From: Octopus vulgaris | Taxonomy: Eukaryota | NCBI GenBank assembly: GCA_951406725.2 | Contig: OX597816.1 | Location: forward strand, 168,888,001 to 168,952,000 | Direction: 5' to 3' | Length of the DNA: 64,000 nucleotides | In this document: one piece after another, positions 38,550 through 50,790 of the stretch | How positions within the stretch are numbered: the stretch's first letter is position 1 | Layout: the number at the start of each line of letters is the position of its first letter | The notes under the pieces: model-generated | Databases searched by the model: none | Told to the model about the DNA's origin: nothing | Seen by the model: only the letters and a program-made list of their open reading frames with translations | Made by a program: the position numbers and the translations under genes

Positions 38550-39086
38550 TATGTTCTTAAAGTTTTACCGAGGGTCCTTAACTTTATTAGAGAAGGGATG
38601 TAAAAGGAGCAGGTTATTTGACTGACGCAAATAATTGTCCAAAAACTGTTGAGAATTTTGGAAATTATATAATGGTGGAAAGAATATTTCAAATTTAAAC
38701 AGGTCGGTGTAATTATTTGTGCACATTTGTATTAATTTTACAGATTTTTAAGTGGCAATGAAAGCAGGTATTTTTGGAACTCCATTGATGGAAAATTACT
38801 AGTTTGAAATTGTCAGTTTTCAAAAAGGCTGAATCTGCTATGAAGACTATTATTTGTTTAAAGTATATGTACATTTTGGTAATAGGATCTGTGCCCCACC
38901 CAAAAAAAAAAACTTCTCATAGAAAGTTACTTCTCTCTGAGTTTCATATTTTCAACAAGATATCTAATACCATTAATATTACAGAAGATAAATGTTTGTT
39001 TTTGTCTATATCTTTATCTACATATATCTGAAAATGCTGTAATATCTATGAAGTGATTTTATAATGTTGTTTACTTGTTTTTACAG

Positions 39087-39294
39087 GCAGAAAAAATTCT
39101 AAAAGAAATAAGTCTTCCAGTGGTATTGGAAACATTGAATACTTCTAATGAGAAACTATGTGTGACAGCTTCTCAACTGATATCCGGTATAATCAATGCT
39201 ATTACAGATGTTGATGCATTCAAAGCACTTGTCAAAGAACAGACTGCTATGAAAAGAAGAGGAGAACGAGTAAAGCCTGCAAAATTTACAATAG
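39087..39294 (+). CDS. unc-45: UNC-45 exon 6 (AEKILKEISLPVVLE...KFTI)
   Basis: ttttacag / G|GTAATT; 208 nt, phase 0 to 1, fits neighbours. Confidence 0.9.
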
Positions 39295-39509
39295 GTAATT
39301 CTATGAAACTATTCTGGGGATAATACTTTTCCTGTCAAATTTTCTATTTCGTTCTTTAGCTTTGCATACGATAAAAAAAACCCATTTCCTATTGCTGTAA
39401 TTACATATATATTATAAGATGTTCAAAAGACACCCACTGTAACTGACCTTGCAACACAAGCTCTCCTATATTGGGTAATTTATCAGTTATAGATAATACA
39501 TGAAGGCAT

Positions 39510-40368
39510 GTAAGAGAACCATCCGAACGTGGCCCCGACTGGCCTCGTGCTGGTGGCACGTAAAAAGCACCATCCGTTCGTGGCCGTTGCCAGCCTCGCC
39601 TGGCCCCCGTGCCGGTGGCACGTAAAATGCACCATCTGATCGTGGCCGTCCAATCATATGGCACAGAATGTTTTTTTTTTACCTCAATGGACATCAGTGA
39701 TTAGTTGAAATTGCAGAAATTGAAGAAAAAAACAAATATCTAACAAACTATAGAATTTTCTCAATAAAGCCAAGAGAAAAAGGTGTTTTATAAACACATT
39801 CTACCAGTATACGAAGTTTAACATTTTTTAGTTACCTAGAAATTATGTATCAGCAAACAAATTCTCTTGTGCCAGTGGAATGATAAACTACACAAAACCT
39901 GTACTGTAAAGTAGTTGATGAGAAGAGCAGCATCCAGTTATGAAAACCACATTGAAACGCATGACTGCATGCTGGTGGCACGTAAAAAGCACTATCCGAA
40001 TCGTGGCCGATGCCAGCGTCGCCTTGACTAGCTTCTGTGCCGGTGGCACGTAAAAAGCACCATCTGAATCGTGGCTGATTCCAGTGCCGCCTCGACTGGC
40101 TTCCGTGCCGGTGGCACGTAAAATGCACTAATCCGATCGTGGCCGTTGCCAACCTCGCCTGGCACCTGTGCAGGTGGCACGTAAAAAGCACCCACTACAC
40201 TCACGGAGTGGTTGGCGTTAGGAAGGGCATCCAGCTGTAGGGACACTGCCAGATCAGACTGGAGCCTGGTGCAGCCTTCTGGCTTCCCAGATCCCCGGTC
40301 GAACTGTCCAACCCATGCTAGCATGGAGAACGGACGTTAAACGATGATGGTGATGATGATGATGATGA
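39510..40368 (+). mobile_element. Two RTE family R 3'-UTR pieces with an internal M1 MITE fragment (about 39655-39848) between them
   Basis: Tandem gtggcacgtaaaa units, (GAT)n tail at about 40345-40368. Confidence 0.8.
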
Positions 40369-40592
40369 CATATACAGCAACAAAGATTTTCTGTGTTGTG
40401 TGTAACATAACAAAGGACAGTAACCAAAGGCAAAATTATGTTAGACTTACTTTACCCATGCAGCTACAGAAACACCCTAAAATTATGATGATGGCACCAC
40501 CATTGGTGTTATTGTCATTATCTTTTTATGTTAATTGTTTTCCATACTTGCATGGGTTTGATAAGTCTAATAGCACTTCACCTCTGTTACTG

Positions 40593-40892
40593 TCATCCAA
40601 CCAAAATGCAAATATATGGGAAACTACCACCTGTGTCATCTCTCGTGAAAGGTGGGAGAGTCCAGTTTGCTGGACATTGTTGTAGAGCTGAAAATGAGGC
40701 AATTTCTACTCTCCTCCTCTGGAAGCCATTTACTCGCAATACCAGAGGGCGCACACTCTCCTACCCTGATGTAATCTCCAGGGATACAGGCATCCAGCAA
40801 CAGGACCTCCGTAATGCTATGATGGACCATGAAGTCTGGCGTAGCATGGTAAATTCCATTGTCTCAACCACGGTCGAACAATGATGATGATG
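40593..40892 (+). mobile_element. Short 5'-truncated copy of the RTE LINE seen at 12415-13069
   Basis: HPTKMQIYGKLPPVSS...STTVEQ-tgatgatg. Confidence 0.9.
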
Positions 40893-41210
40893 TTATTGTG
40901 TATGGCGTTGATGAATTTTTAATGTAATTTGCAGTTTTTTGTAAAAGAACAATTTGGTACAATCACAAGCAAATTATAACAGCTCCAAAAATTAATTACA
41001 AATGTACCTTTCATTAATTTCTAGAAAATTATCCATGTAGTGTTTGAAAACAATCTATCGCGTACGAGTGACAATATAAGCATGTGCAATAAATAAATGA
41101 AAATAGCCATATCCATATGTATTTAGTCTCACTGTGAATTTAGGCCTGCAAAAAGCTTCTTAGTAACTTAAGTATAAAACTGAACAATCCCATTGTTATT
41201 TGGCAATTCA

Positions 41211-41594
41211 TCTCTCTCTATATATAAACGGCAGTTTGTCTGTGCGTGTTTCTGTGTGTCTGTCAGGTTGTACCCTCACCCTGACCACGGCTTTCAACCG
41301 ATTCTGATGAAACTTGACACACACATAGCCCAATGTCATAATTCAAAACTAACGCAGCGAAAATTTTGAAAAGTTCCCCCAGTTCTGAAAAAAATCGATA
41401 AATTCGACATGGGGTCGACAATGAGAAACACAAACCACAAACTGTCTAGGGAACGCAACTCCACCTTTTTTAAATCTCAAAAAATTTACCATCATTTTTT
41501 TCCATTTTTTTGCTATTTTTTGGCTATAACTCTCTAAAAATGCTTTATAGTTATTTCCCTTACAAACCTGAGCAACGCCGGGCGATACTGCTAG
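41211..41594 (+). mobile_element. Non-autonomous Helitron-like element
   Basis: A|TC...CTAG|T with a 3' hairpin. Confidence 0.85.
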
Positions 41595-41929
41595 TACAAA
41601 ATAAAGAAGTGGAAGGCTACTTAGCAAAAATGTTAACAAAACTGCCTAATGCACAACTCATTTGCATAGTGCTTCTTGGTTGACAACCCGACACTAATTA
41701 CTAGAGTACAAATACAAAATGGGTTGTGAGTAATTAAGTATACAGACATATTTAGTATCATTGTAAAATTAACCCAATGAAGGTCTTTTTGACAGTTTAA
41801 GATGAAAAAGTTTAAGATGCATTTAGTTTAGTCCAGTACTTGCCATGAAGGGGCTTTTCTTGCCATCGTTTTATCATGGTTCGTTGCTGTTCTAGTTTTA
41901 GTTTTGATTTCATTTGCTTTATAGCTATA

Positions 41930-42726
41930 TATGGGACGAGGTGGTGAAGCACGACCTTCGGACGTTAGGTCTCACCATGGAAATGACTAGAGACCGAGAC
42001 CTATGGAAGTATGCTGTGCGTGAGAAGACCCGGCAAGACTAGTGAAGCCATACTCCGTGGCCCCTACCTGGGACGTAGTCAGTCCACCTGTGCATACCTT
42101 CCTTCTTGTGACACTTGTGAAGACCTGTTGAGGCAAGTGAGAATCGAATCGTATCAAATCAAATCGAACCAAATCAAAATAGATGAACATCAATGGAATT
42201 TGTATCCTTGTGGTACCAGTGCCGGTGGCACATAAGAAAACCATCCGAACGTGACCGTAGCCAGTACCGCAATGACTGGCCTCCGTGCTGAGGGCACGTA
42301 ACAAACACCATCCGAGCGTGGCCGTCCGCCAGCCTCGTCTAGCACCTGTGTCGGTGACACATAAGAAAACACCATCCGAGCGTGGCCGTCTGCCAGCCTC
42401 GTCTGGCACCTGTGTCGGTGGCACATAAAAAACACCATCCGAGCGTGGCCGTCTGCCAGCCTCGTCTGGCACCTGTGTCGGTGGCACATAAAAAACACCA
42501 TCCGAGCGTGGCCGTCTGCCAGCCTCGTCTGGCACCTGTGTCGGTGGCACATAAAATCACCCACTACACTCTCGGAGTGGTTGGCGTTAGGAAGGGCATC
42601 CAGCTGTAGAAACACTGCCACATCTGACTGGCCTGGTGCAGCCTTCGGGCTTCCCAGACCCCAGTTGAACCGTCCAACCCATGCTAGCATGGAAAGCGGA
42701 CGTTAAACGATGATGATGATGATGAT
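41930..42726 (+). mobile_element. RTE LINE 3' end (family R): ORF2 C-terminus, long 3' UTR with about 61-bp tandem units, and (GAT)n tail
   Basis: WDEVVKHDLRTLGLTMEMTRDRDLWKYAVREKTRQD* followed by the sequence found in all family R copies. Confidence 0.85.
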
Positions 42727-42814
42727 GTATTTGTGATATTGTAGATACCAACCAACCTACTATGAATGAACAATATGTTCAAGTGATGGAAAAGAGGAAT
42801 AGGTTATAATGTTG

Positions 42815-43444
42815 GGATCTTTTCGGTTTGAACGGTAGTTTTTAGCATAATTTCTAGGTAACTAAAAAATGTTAAACTTCGTATACTGGTGGAATGTGTT
42901 TATAAAACACCTTTTTCTCTTGGCTTTATTGAGAAAGTTCTATAGTTTGTTAGATATTTGTTTTGGTTGAAAATGCAAAAATTGAAGAAAAAAAACAAAT
43001 ATCTAACAAACTAACTAACTATAGGGTTAGGGTTAGGGGTGGGGGGAAGGGTATTTTTTTTCTTCACAAATGTAAATAAACCCAATCTGTTTCTTAAACG
43101 AGGGACATATTCATACGGCACAGAATGTTTTTTTTACCTCAATACATGTCAGTGATTGGTTGAAATTGCAGAAATTGAAGAAAAAAAAACAACAAATATC
43201 TTATAAAATCAGTGACGTCTATTGAGTTAAAAAACATTCTGTGCCGTATGAATATGTCCCTTGTTTAAGAAACAGATTGGGTTTATTTACATTTGCGAAG
43301 AAAAAAAAGATACCCTTCCCCCCACCCCTAACCCTAACCCTAAAATAGATTGAAATGCAATAGATCGATACTAGGGTCATAATTATGGGTGACAATTTCA
43401 TATGACACCGCTAGAAAAGACTGCCGTTCAAACCGAAAAGATCC
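42815..43444. mobile_element. MITE M1, internally rearranged, perfect 8-bp TSD TAATGTTG
   Basis: TSD at 42807-42814 and 43445-43452; internal inverted duplication. Confidence 0.9.
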
Positions 43445-43667
43445 TAATGTTGTTATGAAACTTTCTCATGTCTACTTGCTCTGCCAAGTAGATGCAGAAT
43501 ATTGTATGGCAACGATGTAAAGCAATTGACCATATTTTGGAAAAATTTTCAATTGTTTTATTTGCTTTTACAATTCAATTAATACCAGTTTGCGTTTTTG
43601 TGTGAGGAATATTTCTTGAGTTGTATCTTTCTGGGGAAAATAAAATTTTTATTCAATTTGTTTTTAG

Positions 43668-43835
43668 ATGAAGCAGCTCAAGAATTTGTTGATGAAATCT
43701 TCAGTTCATTGACTAAAATGTTACCCAGTCGCAAGCTAGCAGCTAGAGGTCGAGATGCCATCATAGAGATCTTCATTAAATACATTACAGGAGTGAGCGG
43801 TGTTGGGTGGAGCAAAAAATTTATGGAAAGTGAAG
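43668..43835 (+). CDS. unc-45: UNC-45 exon 7 (DEAAQEFVDEIFSSLTKMLPSRKLAARGRDAIIEIFIKYI...)
   Basis: gtttttag / G|GTGAGT; GRD motif; phase 1-1. Confidence 0.95.
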
Positions 43836-43901
43836 GTGAGTTTATAACTGCTTTTGATGAAATTTCAAATGTGTTTCACTGAGATCTTGAAAATATGTAT
43901 T

Positions 43902-44301
43902 ACTCTTTACTCTTTTTTTACTCTTTTACTTGTTTCAGTCATTTGACTGCGGCCATGCTGGAGCACCACCTTTAGTTGAGCAAATAAGCCCAGTACTTAT
44001 TCTATCGGTCTCTTTTGCCGAACCGCTAAGTGACGGGGACGTAAACACACCAGCATCGGTTGTTAAGCAATGCTAGGGGGACAAACACAGACACACAAAC
44101 ATGCACACACACACACATATATATATATACATATATACGACGGGCTTCTTTCAGTTTCCGTCTACCAAATCCACTCACAATGCTTTGGTTGGCCCGAGGC
44201 TATAGTAGAAGACACTTGCCCGAGGTGCCACGTAGTGGGACTGAACCCGGAACCATGTGGTTGGTAAGCATGCTACTTACCACACAGCCACTCCTGCGCC
44301 T
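43902..44301 (-). mobile_element. SINE family A
   Basis: Family A copy with a small internal deletion. Confidence 0.9.
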
Positions 44302-44925
44302 ATTATTGTATTATTGTGGTTAAGTTATGGGCTTGCTAGTCTTAAAGTGATGGATCCAAAAGTCATAAGTTATGGTTTGAAATTATACCCTAATAACGAT
44401 GCTATGTATTTAAATAAGTATTTTTTCCTTCATTCTATTTGACTGGTTATCTAATAGATTTGTTGTATCAAGAAATTAGCTAAAAATTTGTATGGGCTAC
44501 TCTCTTTACATCTGAGTTATCTGGTTGGAATTTTTTTTTATTCAATATTTGTTTAAAGTCACCAAACATAAGAGGTGTAACTTTGGAATGTTCTTGGTAA
44601 TTTATTTTTTTATATTTTGATAACTTTTCCTCTGTTTGTCTTTTAATCACTTAATATTGAAACTGCTATCATAAAGACACTTATTTGTTTATACCAGTCA
44701 AATAGTTTTCATCAATTTATCTAAATGAGCATTTATAACTGAAACTAGTTAAATCCAGCCACCATACACACAGTTTCACGGCAACCATACCTTACTTTGG
44801 CAGCAGAAAAAACCCCAAAAAACTCCACCAAATCTTACAACAGTTGTCATCATTTAGATACTAAATAGTTGAAGTGAACAGTTAACTTTACAGCTTTTAA
44901 TCTAGTGACTTTAAGTTAACATTAA

Positions 44926-45354
44926 CCCTTTCGTTACTGTATTTATTTTGAGATACTCTGTTTTTTTTTTAATTACCTTAACCCTTTAGCATTTAAAACG
45001 GCCATATCCGGCCAAAAGTATTCTGCCTGTTTTATGTTCAAACTGGCCAGATCTGGTCTCTCACACCAACCCTACAATATCGTTTGAAAAATTAACAGCT
45101 ACCTCATCAAAATCTCATAGCTACAAGATTAGTTCAAAACAATGTGGATAAAAAAGGATTAATTTTGGCAGAATAATGCGAACACTAAAGGGTTAAATAT
45201 AACAAAGAATTTAGTAAAATAACTTGGTTATCATTCAGCTAGTGTTAGGAACATAAATTGTGTCTAAGGTTTGGTGGAAGATTTTAATTCAGAACTTATG
45301 GAAACAAGACATTTGTACTCAGAGCCAGATTCAGCCGGGTTTGTAACGAAAGGG
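44926..45354. mobile_element. TTAA MITE family P2 with a P1 MITE (44982-45192) nested at an internal TTAA
   Basis: TTAA|CCCTTTCGTTAC...GTAACGAAAGGG|TTAA outer; TTAA|CCCTTTAG...CTAAAGGG|TTAA inner. Confidence 0.9.
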
Positions 45355-45460
45355 TTAATCATTGATTTTTATCATTTTTTTCTTTGTTGCTTTGTAATTA
45401 AAAGAAAACCTTTCTTTCATAATGTACAGTTGTTTTTTTTTTTATAATTTAATTTTCTAG

Positions 45461-45632
45461 GCCTTTATAGTTTATTAACCATTGCTGGCATCCATTGTAA
45501 AGTTGAATCAGTGATCAAAGTGACTGTGCATTCAAGAATGCATTCAGCATTACTACTAACGAGGATCTATGATGATATGATTGGTGATAAACAAAGAGAT
45601 CATTTTAAAGAACGTTGTCATGACTACTTCAA
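45461..45632 (+). CDS. unc-45: UNC-45 exon 8 (GLYSLLTIAG...SRMHSALLLTRIYDDMIGDKQRDHFKERCHDYFK)
   Basis: ttttctag / AA|GTAAAC; YDD...D..R..F motif; phase 1 to 2. Confidence 0.95.
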
Positions 45633-45859
45633 GTAAACATTTTTCTTCATTTACTATTTTTTTCCTTTGCAAAGCATTTATTTTCAGTTCATAAAACTAT
45701 TTCTACAATCATCATGAATGATGATTGTGATGTTATACTTAGTTCATATATTGAATAACACAGAATAATGTCTCTTGTAAAACTTACTACCTATTATAGA
45801 ATTCAGTAGGGTTGGAATGTTATTAGTTTGTGTGTGTTTAGTAGTAGAGAGAAAAAGTC

Positions 45860-46282
45860 GGATCTTTTCCGTTTGAACGGCAGTTTTTTAAAATAATTTC
45901 CACGTAACTAAACACTTTTAAACTTCATATACTGGTAGAATGTGTTTATAAAACATCTTTTTCTCTTGGCTTTATTGAGAAAATTCTATAGTTTGTAAGA
46001 TATTTGTTGTTGTTTTTTCTTCAATTTCTGCAATTTCAACCAATCAATGACATTTATTGAGGTGAAAACATTCTGTGCCATATGAATATGTCCCTCGTTT
46101 AAGAAACAGATTGGGTTTATTTACATTTGTGAAGAAAAAAAAGATACCCTTCCCCCTAACCCTAACTAGCCCTAACCCTAAAACAAATTGAAATGCAATA
46201 GATCGATACTAGGGTCATAATTATGGGTGACAATTTCATATGGCACCTCTAGAAAATACTGCTGTTCAAACCGAAAAGATCC
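45860..46282. mobile_element. MITE M1
   Basis: Both TIRs present. Confidence 0.9.
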
Positions 46283-47052
46283 GAAAAATCTTCCTCTGGA
46301 TAAAACAGTCTTTTGTAAGTAGCTTTTCTCATGTGAGGAATTGAACTCAGAATGGGCAGATAGTGAATAACTTGTCAACTTTACAGTGCAGCCACAACTT
46401 TTAGCTTATAGGTCTTCAAGCATAATGGAAGTGTCTACAATTATCTTGTTAGTGATAGCATGAAAGAAATATGTATGGTAAATGCCGTAATTATTGTTTA
46501 CAAAGCATTTATTTTCAGTTTGTAAAACAATTTCTACATTATTAATGGTGATAAATGCTTATGATTCAAGTATTGTTTAGCACCCACTACACTCACGGAG
46601 TGGTTGGCGTTAGGAAGGGCATCCAGCCGTAGAAACATTGCCAGATCAGACTGGACCTGGTGCAGCCTTCTGGCTTCCCAGACTCCTGTTGAACCGTCCA
46701 ACCCATGCTAGCATGGAAAGCGGACACTAAATGATGATGATGATGATGATGAATTTCACTTTGAATATATTTGAGTAACTATTACAATAATTTATCATGA
46801 CTAAGGCACTTTATCTTTTATCACATGGCAGAGTGTGTGGTCATTGGGTACTAAAATGATGTTATAAACTACTGGTTAGAGACTACTTCTAACTTTTGAA
46901 TTAGGCATGTCTGAGTAATGTTTTGGAAAAAATGTAATTTACAATTCTTAATGAAGATATAAGAAATGTTTCTTCATGTTTTTAATGTTTTTGAGACATA
47001 AAAATAAATCTAAATTTATTTTTAAAGTCATCTATTTTAACAATTTTCCCAG

Positions 47053-47122
47053 AGATACATTTGGTGAAGGAGACATTGATTCTACGGTGGAGGCTGTTAG
47101 AGCAATTACCACCTTATTACAG
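47053..47122 (+). CDS. unc-45: UNC-45 exon 9 (DTFGEGDIDSTVEAVRAITTLLQ)
   Basis: ttttcccag / CAG|GTATGT; phase 2 to 0; LLQ|GP junction typical of the family. Confidence 0.93.
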
Positions 47123-47192
47123 GTATGTAATGTTGCTTTGTGATTTTTGAAATTCTTTCAAGAAGCTTTATTGATTTTGTTATTGTTTAGTA

Positions 47193-47550
47193 TCTCTTTT
47201 GCTCTTTTACTTGTTTCAGTCATTTTGACTGCGGCCATGCTGGAGCACCGCCTTAAATCGAGCAACTCGACCCCGGGACTTATTCTTTTGTAAGCCCAGT
47301 ACTTATTCTATCGGTCTCTTTTGCCGAACCGCTAAGTTTAGTCTTTTACTTGTTTCAGTCATTTGACTGCGGCCATGCTGGAGCACCGCCTTAAATCGAG
47401 CAACTCGACCCCGGGACTTATTCTTTTGTAAGCCCAGTGCTTATTCTATCGGTCTCTTTTGCCGAACCGCTAAGTGACAGGGACGTAAACACACCAGCAT
47501 CGGTTGTCAAGCAATGCTAGGGGGACAAACACAGACACACAAACACACAC

Positions 47551-47595
<45 letters not shown>

Positions 47596-47970
47596 TACGA
47601 CAGGCTTCTTTCAGTTTCCGTCTACCAAATCCACTCACAAATTTTCCAGTAGCATCTTCATAATTTGCTTTTTGTGGGTCTCACTTTATATGATGATTTG
47701 GATTAAGAATTTGTTTAAATGGAAATGATGTCACCGAACCAATCTCAATTCTTCACTATTGATGTGATTACTCTTTTACTCGTTTCAGTCATTTGACTGT
47801 GGCCATGCCGGAGCACTGCCTTTAGTCGAGCAAATCGACCCCGGGACTTATTCTTTGTAAGCCCAGTACTTATTCTATCGGTCTCCTTTTGCCGAACCGC
47901 TAAGTGACGGGGACGTAAACATACCAGCATTGGTTGTCAAGCAATGCTAGGGGGACAAACACACACACAT

Positions 47971-48025
<55 letters not shown>

Positions 48026-48193
48026 CATACATATACGACAGGCTTCTTTCAGTTTCCGTCTACCAAATCCACTCACAAGGCATTGGTCGGCCCGGGGCTA
48101 TAGCAGAAGACACTTGCCCAAGATGCGACGCAGTGGGACTGAACCCGGAACCATGTGGTTGGTTAGCAAACTACTTACCACACAGCCACTCCT
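47193..48193 (-). mobile_element. SINE A cluster: one copy with a tandemly duplicated 3' about 140 bp, then a second full copy
   Basis: Tail segment repeated at about 47200 and 47343; second SINE at about 47769-48193. Confidence 0.88.
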
Positions 48194-48921
48194 ATCTCTT
48201 GTCAAAGAGTTCTACAGATGACTGGTTGACAGTTTATATCCTGCCACTGGCTTGTAACATTTCTATTCTCTAGTTGTAATATCATTCTACAATATAGGGA
48301 CAACTCACCATATAAAGTAGCTGGAGTAATAATGTTGAAGGCTGTTTCATTAGCTCACTGTTAAATTCCTCTTGTAGGTATAGATTAGAGATGAATGGCT
48401 TCCACTGAACCAACTTGTCTGAGATGCTAAGAAATTGTCTTTAGAGAGGCTGAGTCAGCTCTTCTCAAGTAGCGTCTGGATATTGGTTTAGAACTCTGAA
48501 GGTTTGAGAGTTATTTTTCAGTTTATCCAGAAATGTTGAGTGGGTAGGTCTGGTCAACTCTATTCATCATCATCATCGTTAGCACGGGTTAGACGGTTTG
48601 ACCGGGGTCTGGGAAGCCAGGGGCCGCACCAGGATCTTGTCTGATCTGGCAGTGTTTCTACAGCTGGATGCCCTTCCTAACGCCAACCACTCCGCGAGTG
48701 TAGTGGGTGCTTTTTACATGCCACCGGCACAGGTGCCAGGGGAGTCTGGCATCGGCCATGATTGGTTGGTGCTTTTATTGTGCCACTGGCACGGAATGTT
48801 TGGAATTGACTTTAGCTGCACTTTCCATACATCAGCTTAGCCTGCAGCCATGCTGCATGCTTCATCATGTCTAGTAGAGGTGATGATGGATGTGATGACC
48901 TAGGTTTATCAATGGGTAACT

Positions 48922-48953
<32 letters not shown>

Positions 48954-48979
48954 TACATAAATAGATGTGTGTATTTTTC

Positions 48980-50790
48980 CTTTGTTAACAACTAACATGG
49001 AAAAAATAGATAAATAGTTACCAGGGTGGTAAAAAATCACACAAGTAAAAAGGTTGTAACTCCTTGTTTTTAAAGGTAGAAACTCCAGGTTTACATAAAA
49101 TATTTTGTATAATATATATAAATAAATAAATGGAGTTAAACGCAGGTGTTATTCAAATTCTTTTACTTCCGACACATGTTTTGAAGATATCACTGGTATT
49201 ATTCCAAAGGAATAAAATGGTTTAAAACAATGCAATCTCATCTTCGGGGAAGTGAAGACATGAAACTCATCAATAAGACATTATAATAGAAAATGATGGA
49301 TATGTATAGTGACTAACTGAACGCTATTAAGATTGTTTCAAAAAGGTAGCCTATAGAAAGAGGAGGGATAAAGTAAAGAAAAGCTAAATAAATGAGAAGT
49401 ATATGACTATATGTATATTAAATAAAACCATATAGACGAGGAAAATATATATCTAGTGAATATGGAATGTAAGAAGAAAATTAATGTTTAAATTATATAT
49501 AATGATAGAAATCACTTATATGAACTAAAGGTGTGTTTCTGCCAATGTTTACATCTGTATGCATGCTCTATAACCGTGTTTACAAGGGGATTTTTAGAAA
49601 AAAGAATAAAATATAGTTCAGAATTACAGAGAAGACAGAATTCCTTGCCTTTATCATAAGGTATCGAAATTGAGAGAATCAACCAATCTAAATTAAATTG
49701 TTTATTGTGGTCTTTTAGATAACAAATTAATTTACTAAGCCCTGTACTGTTACGTTTTTCCTATCTCTAAGTGAAGAGTAATGATTAGAAATTCTTTTAG
49801 ATAACTGAGAAGATGAGCTGCCTATATAGAAAAATACTTCATTACCAGAAGTAATTTTACACTGGTAAATAGAATCTTCAATATTAGAGTTACTTGACGT
49901 AAACTTGATTCTGTTGTAATTGACTTCAGATACAATAACCTTGTTATTAATATTTCTAGGGGGGTGGATAGTATTAGCTAAATTAATGTTAGTATTAGTA
50001 AATTAAATGTATCTATTTACCAGGTAAAAATTATGTGAGGAGATAATTTGTAAATGATCTTTTGTGTCGGAAAAAACAATCCTAACCGTGAGTAAGTTGA
50101 TAATAGAGTAATACCTAGAATTCTTTGAAAAATTCCAAATAATAGCTTCACGAAACTGCAAAGGAAGATTTGATTTAATTTGACTCCCATAAGGAATAAT
50201 CAACGAAATAGTTTTGCTACTAGTTGCCTTATTTTTAGTGTAACTATCTTTGAAAGACATAGATTTACCTTTAGAACGAAAATAGGGGTTTAAATAAGGG
50301 TTATCTCCCTTCCTCTGTTTAGTGTTGGCATATGAATTAAAATTGATATCGTTTATATCCTTACAACTAGATTTCATGTCTCCATTAGTAAAGGTAGAAT
50401 GAGATTGAATGGAATTAATGTAGGTAACTATCTCTGTATAACCTGCTCTAAGTAAGGCAGAGTTATAAAATTTGGCCTTATCATTGAAAATGTCAACATT
50501 AGCAGATAACTTCGACAATCTAAATGAAATATTCTTAACTAAGTTCCTAGTAATTGCCCTTGAATGATTACTGAATTTACTTATATAGTTAAGATTGGTT
50601 GATGGCTTGTGGTATGAGAAGTACGAAGTATTGTGTAAGCCAAGTGTAATATCTAAAAAGTTGGCCTTCATTACATCATCATCAAAAACAATGCTTAAGC
50701 CCATTCTACAGAAAAACTTAACTAAACTATTCTTAACTTTTTGTACTTTTTGGTCGGAAACATTTTGAAGGGATATATATATCAAAGCAA
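48980..50790 (-). mobile_element. 5'-truncated Penelope-like retroelement (RT C-terminus, GIY-YIG endonuclease, pLTR)
   Basis: ORF 50003-50785 contains NFLDITL...YHKP...YISKFSNH; downstream SIYQCKITSGNEVFFYIGSSS (GIY-YIG) and C..C; degenerate hammerhead at about 49163-49256. Confidence 0.85.

Noticed and set aside
41987-42690. 187-aa and 166-aa repetitive ORFs
   Set aside because: Antisense readings of the 61-bp tandem units in the RTE 3' UTR.
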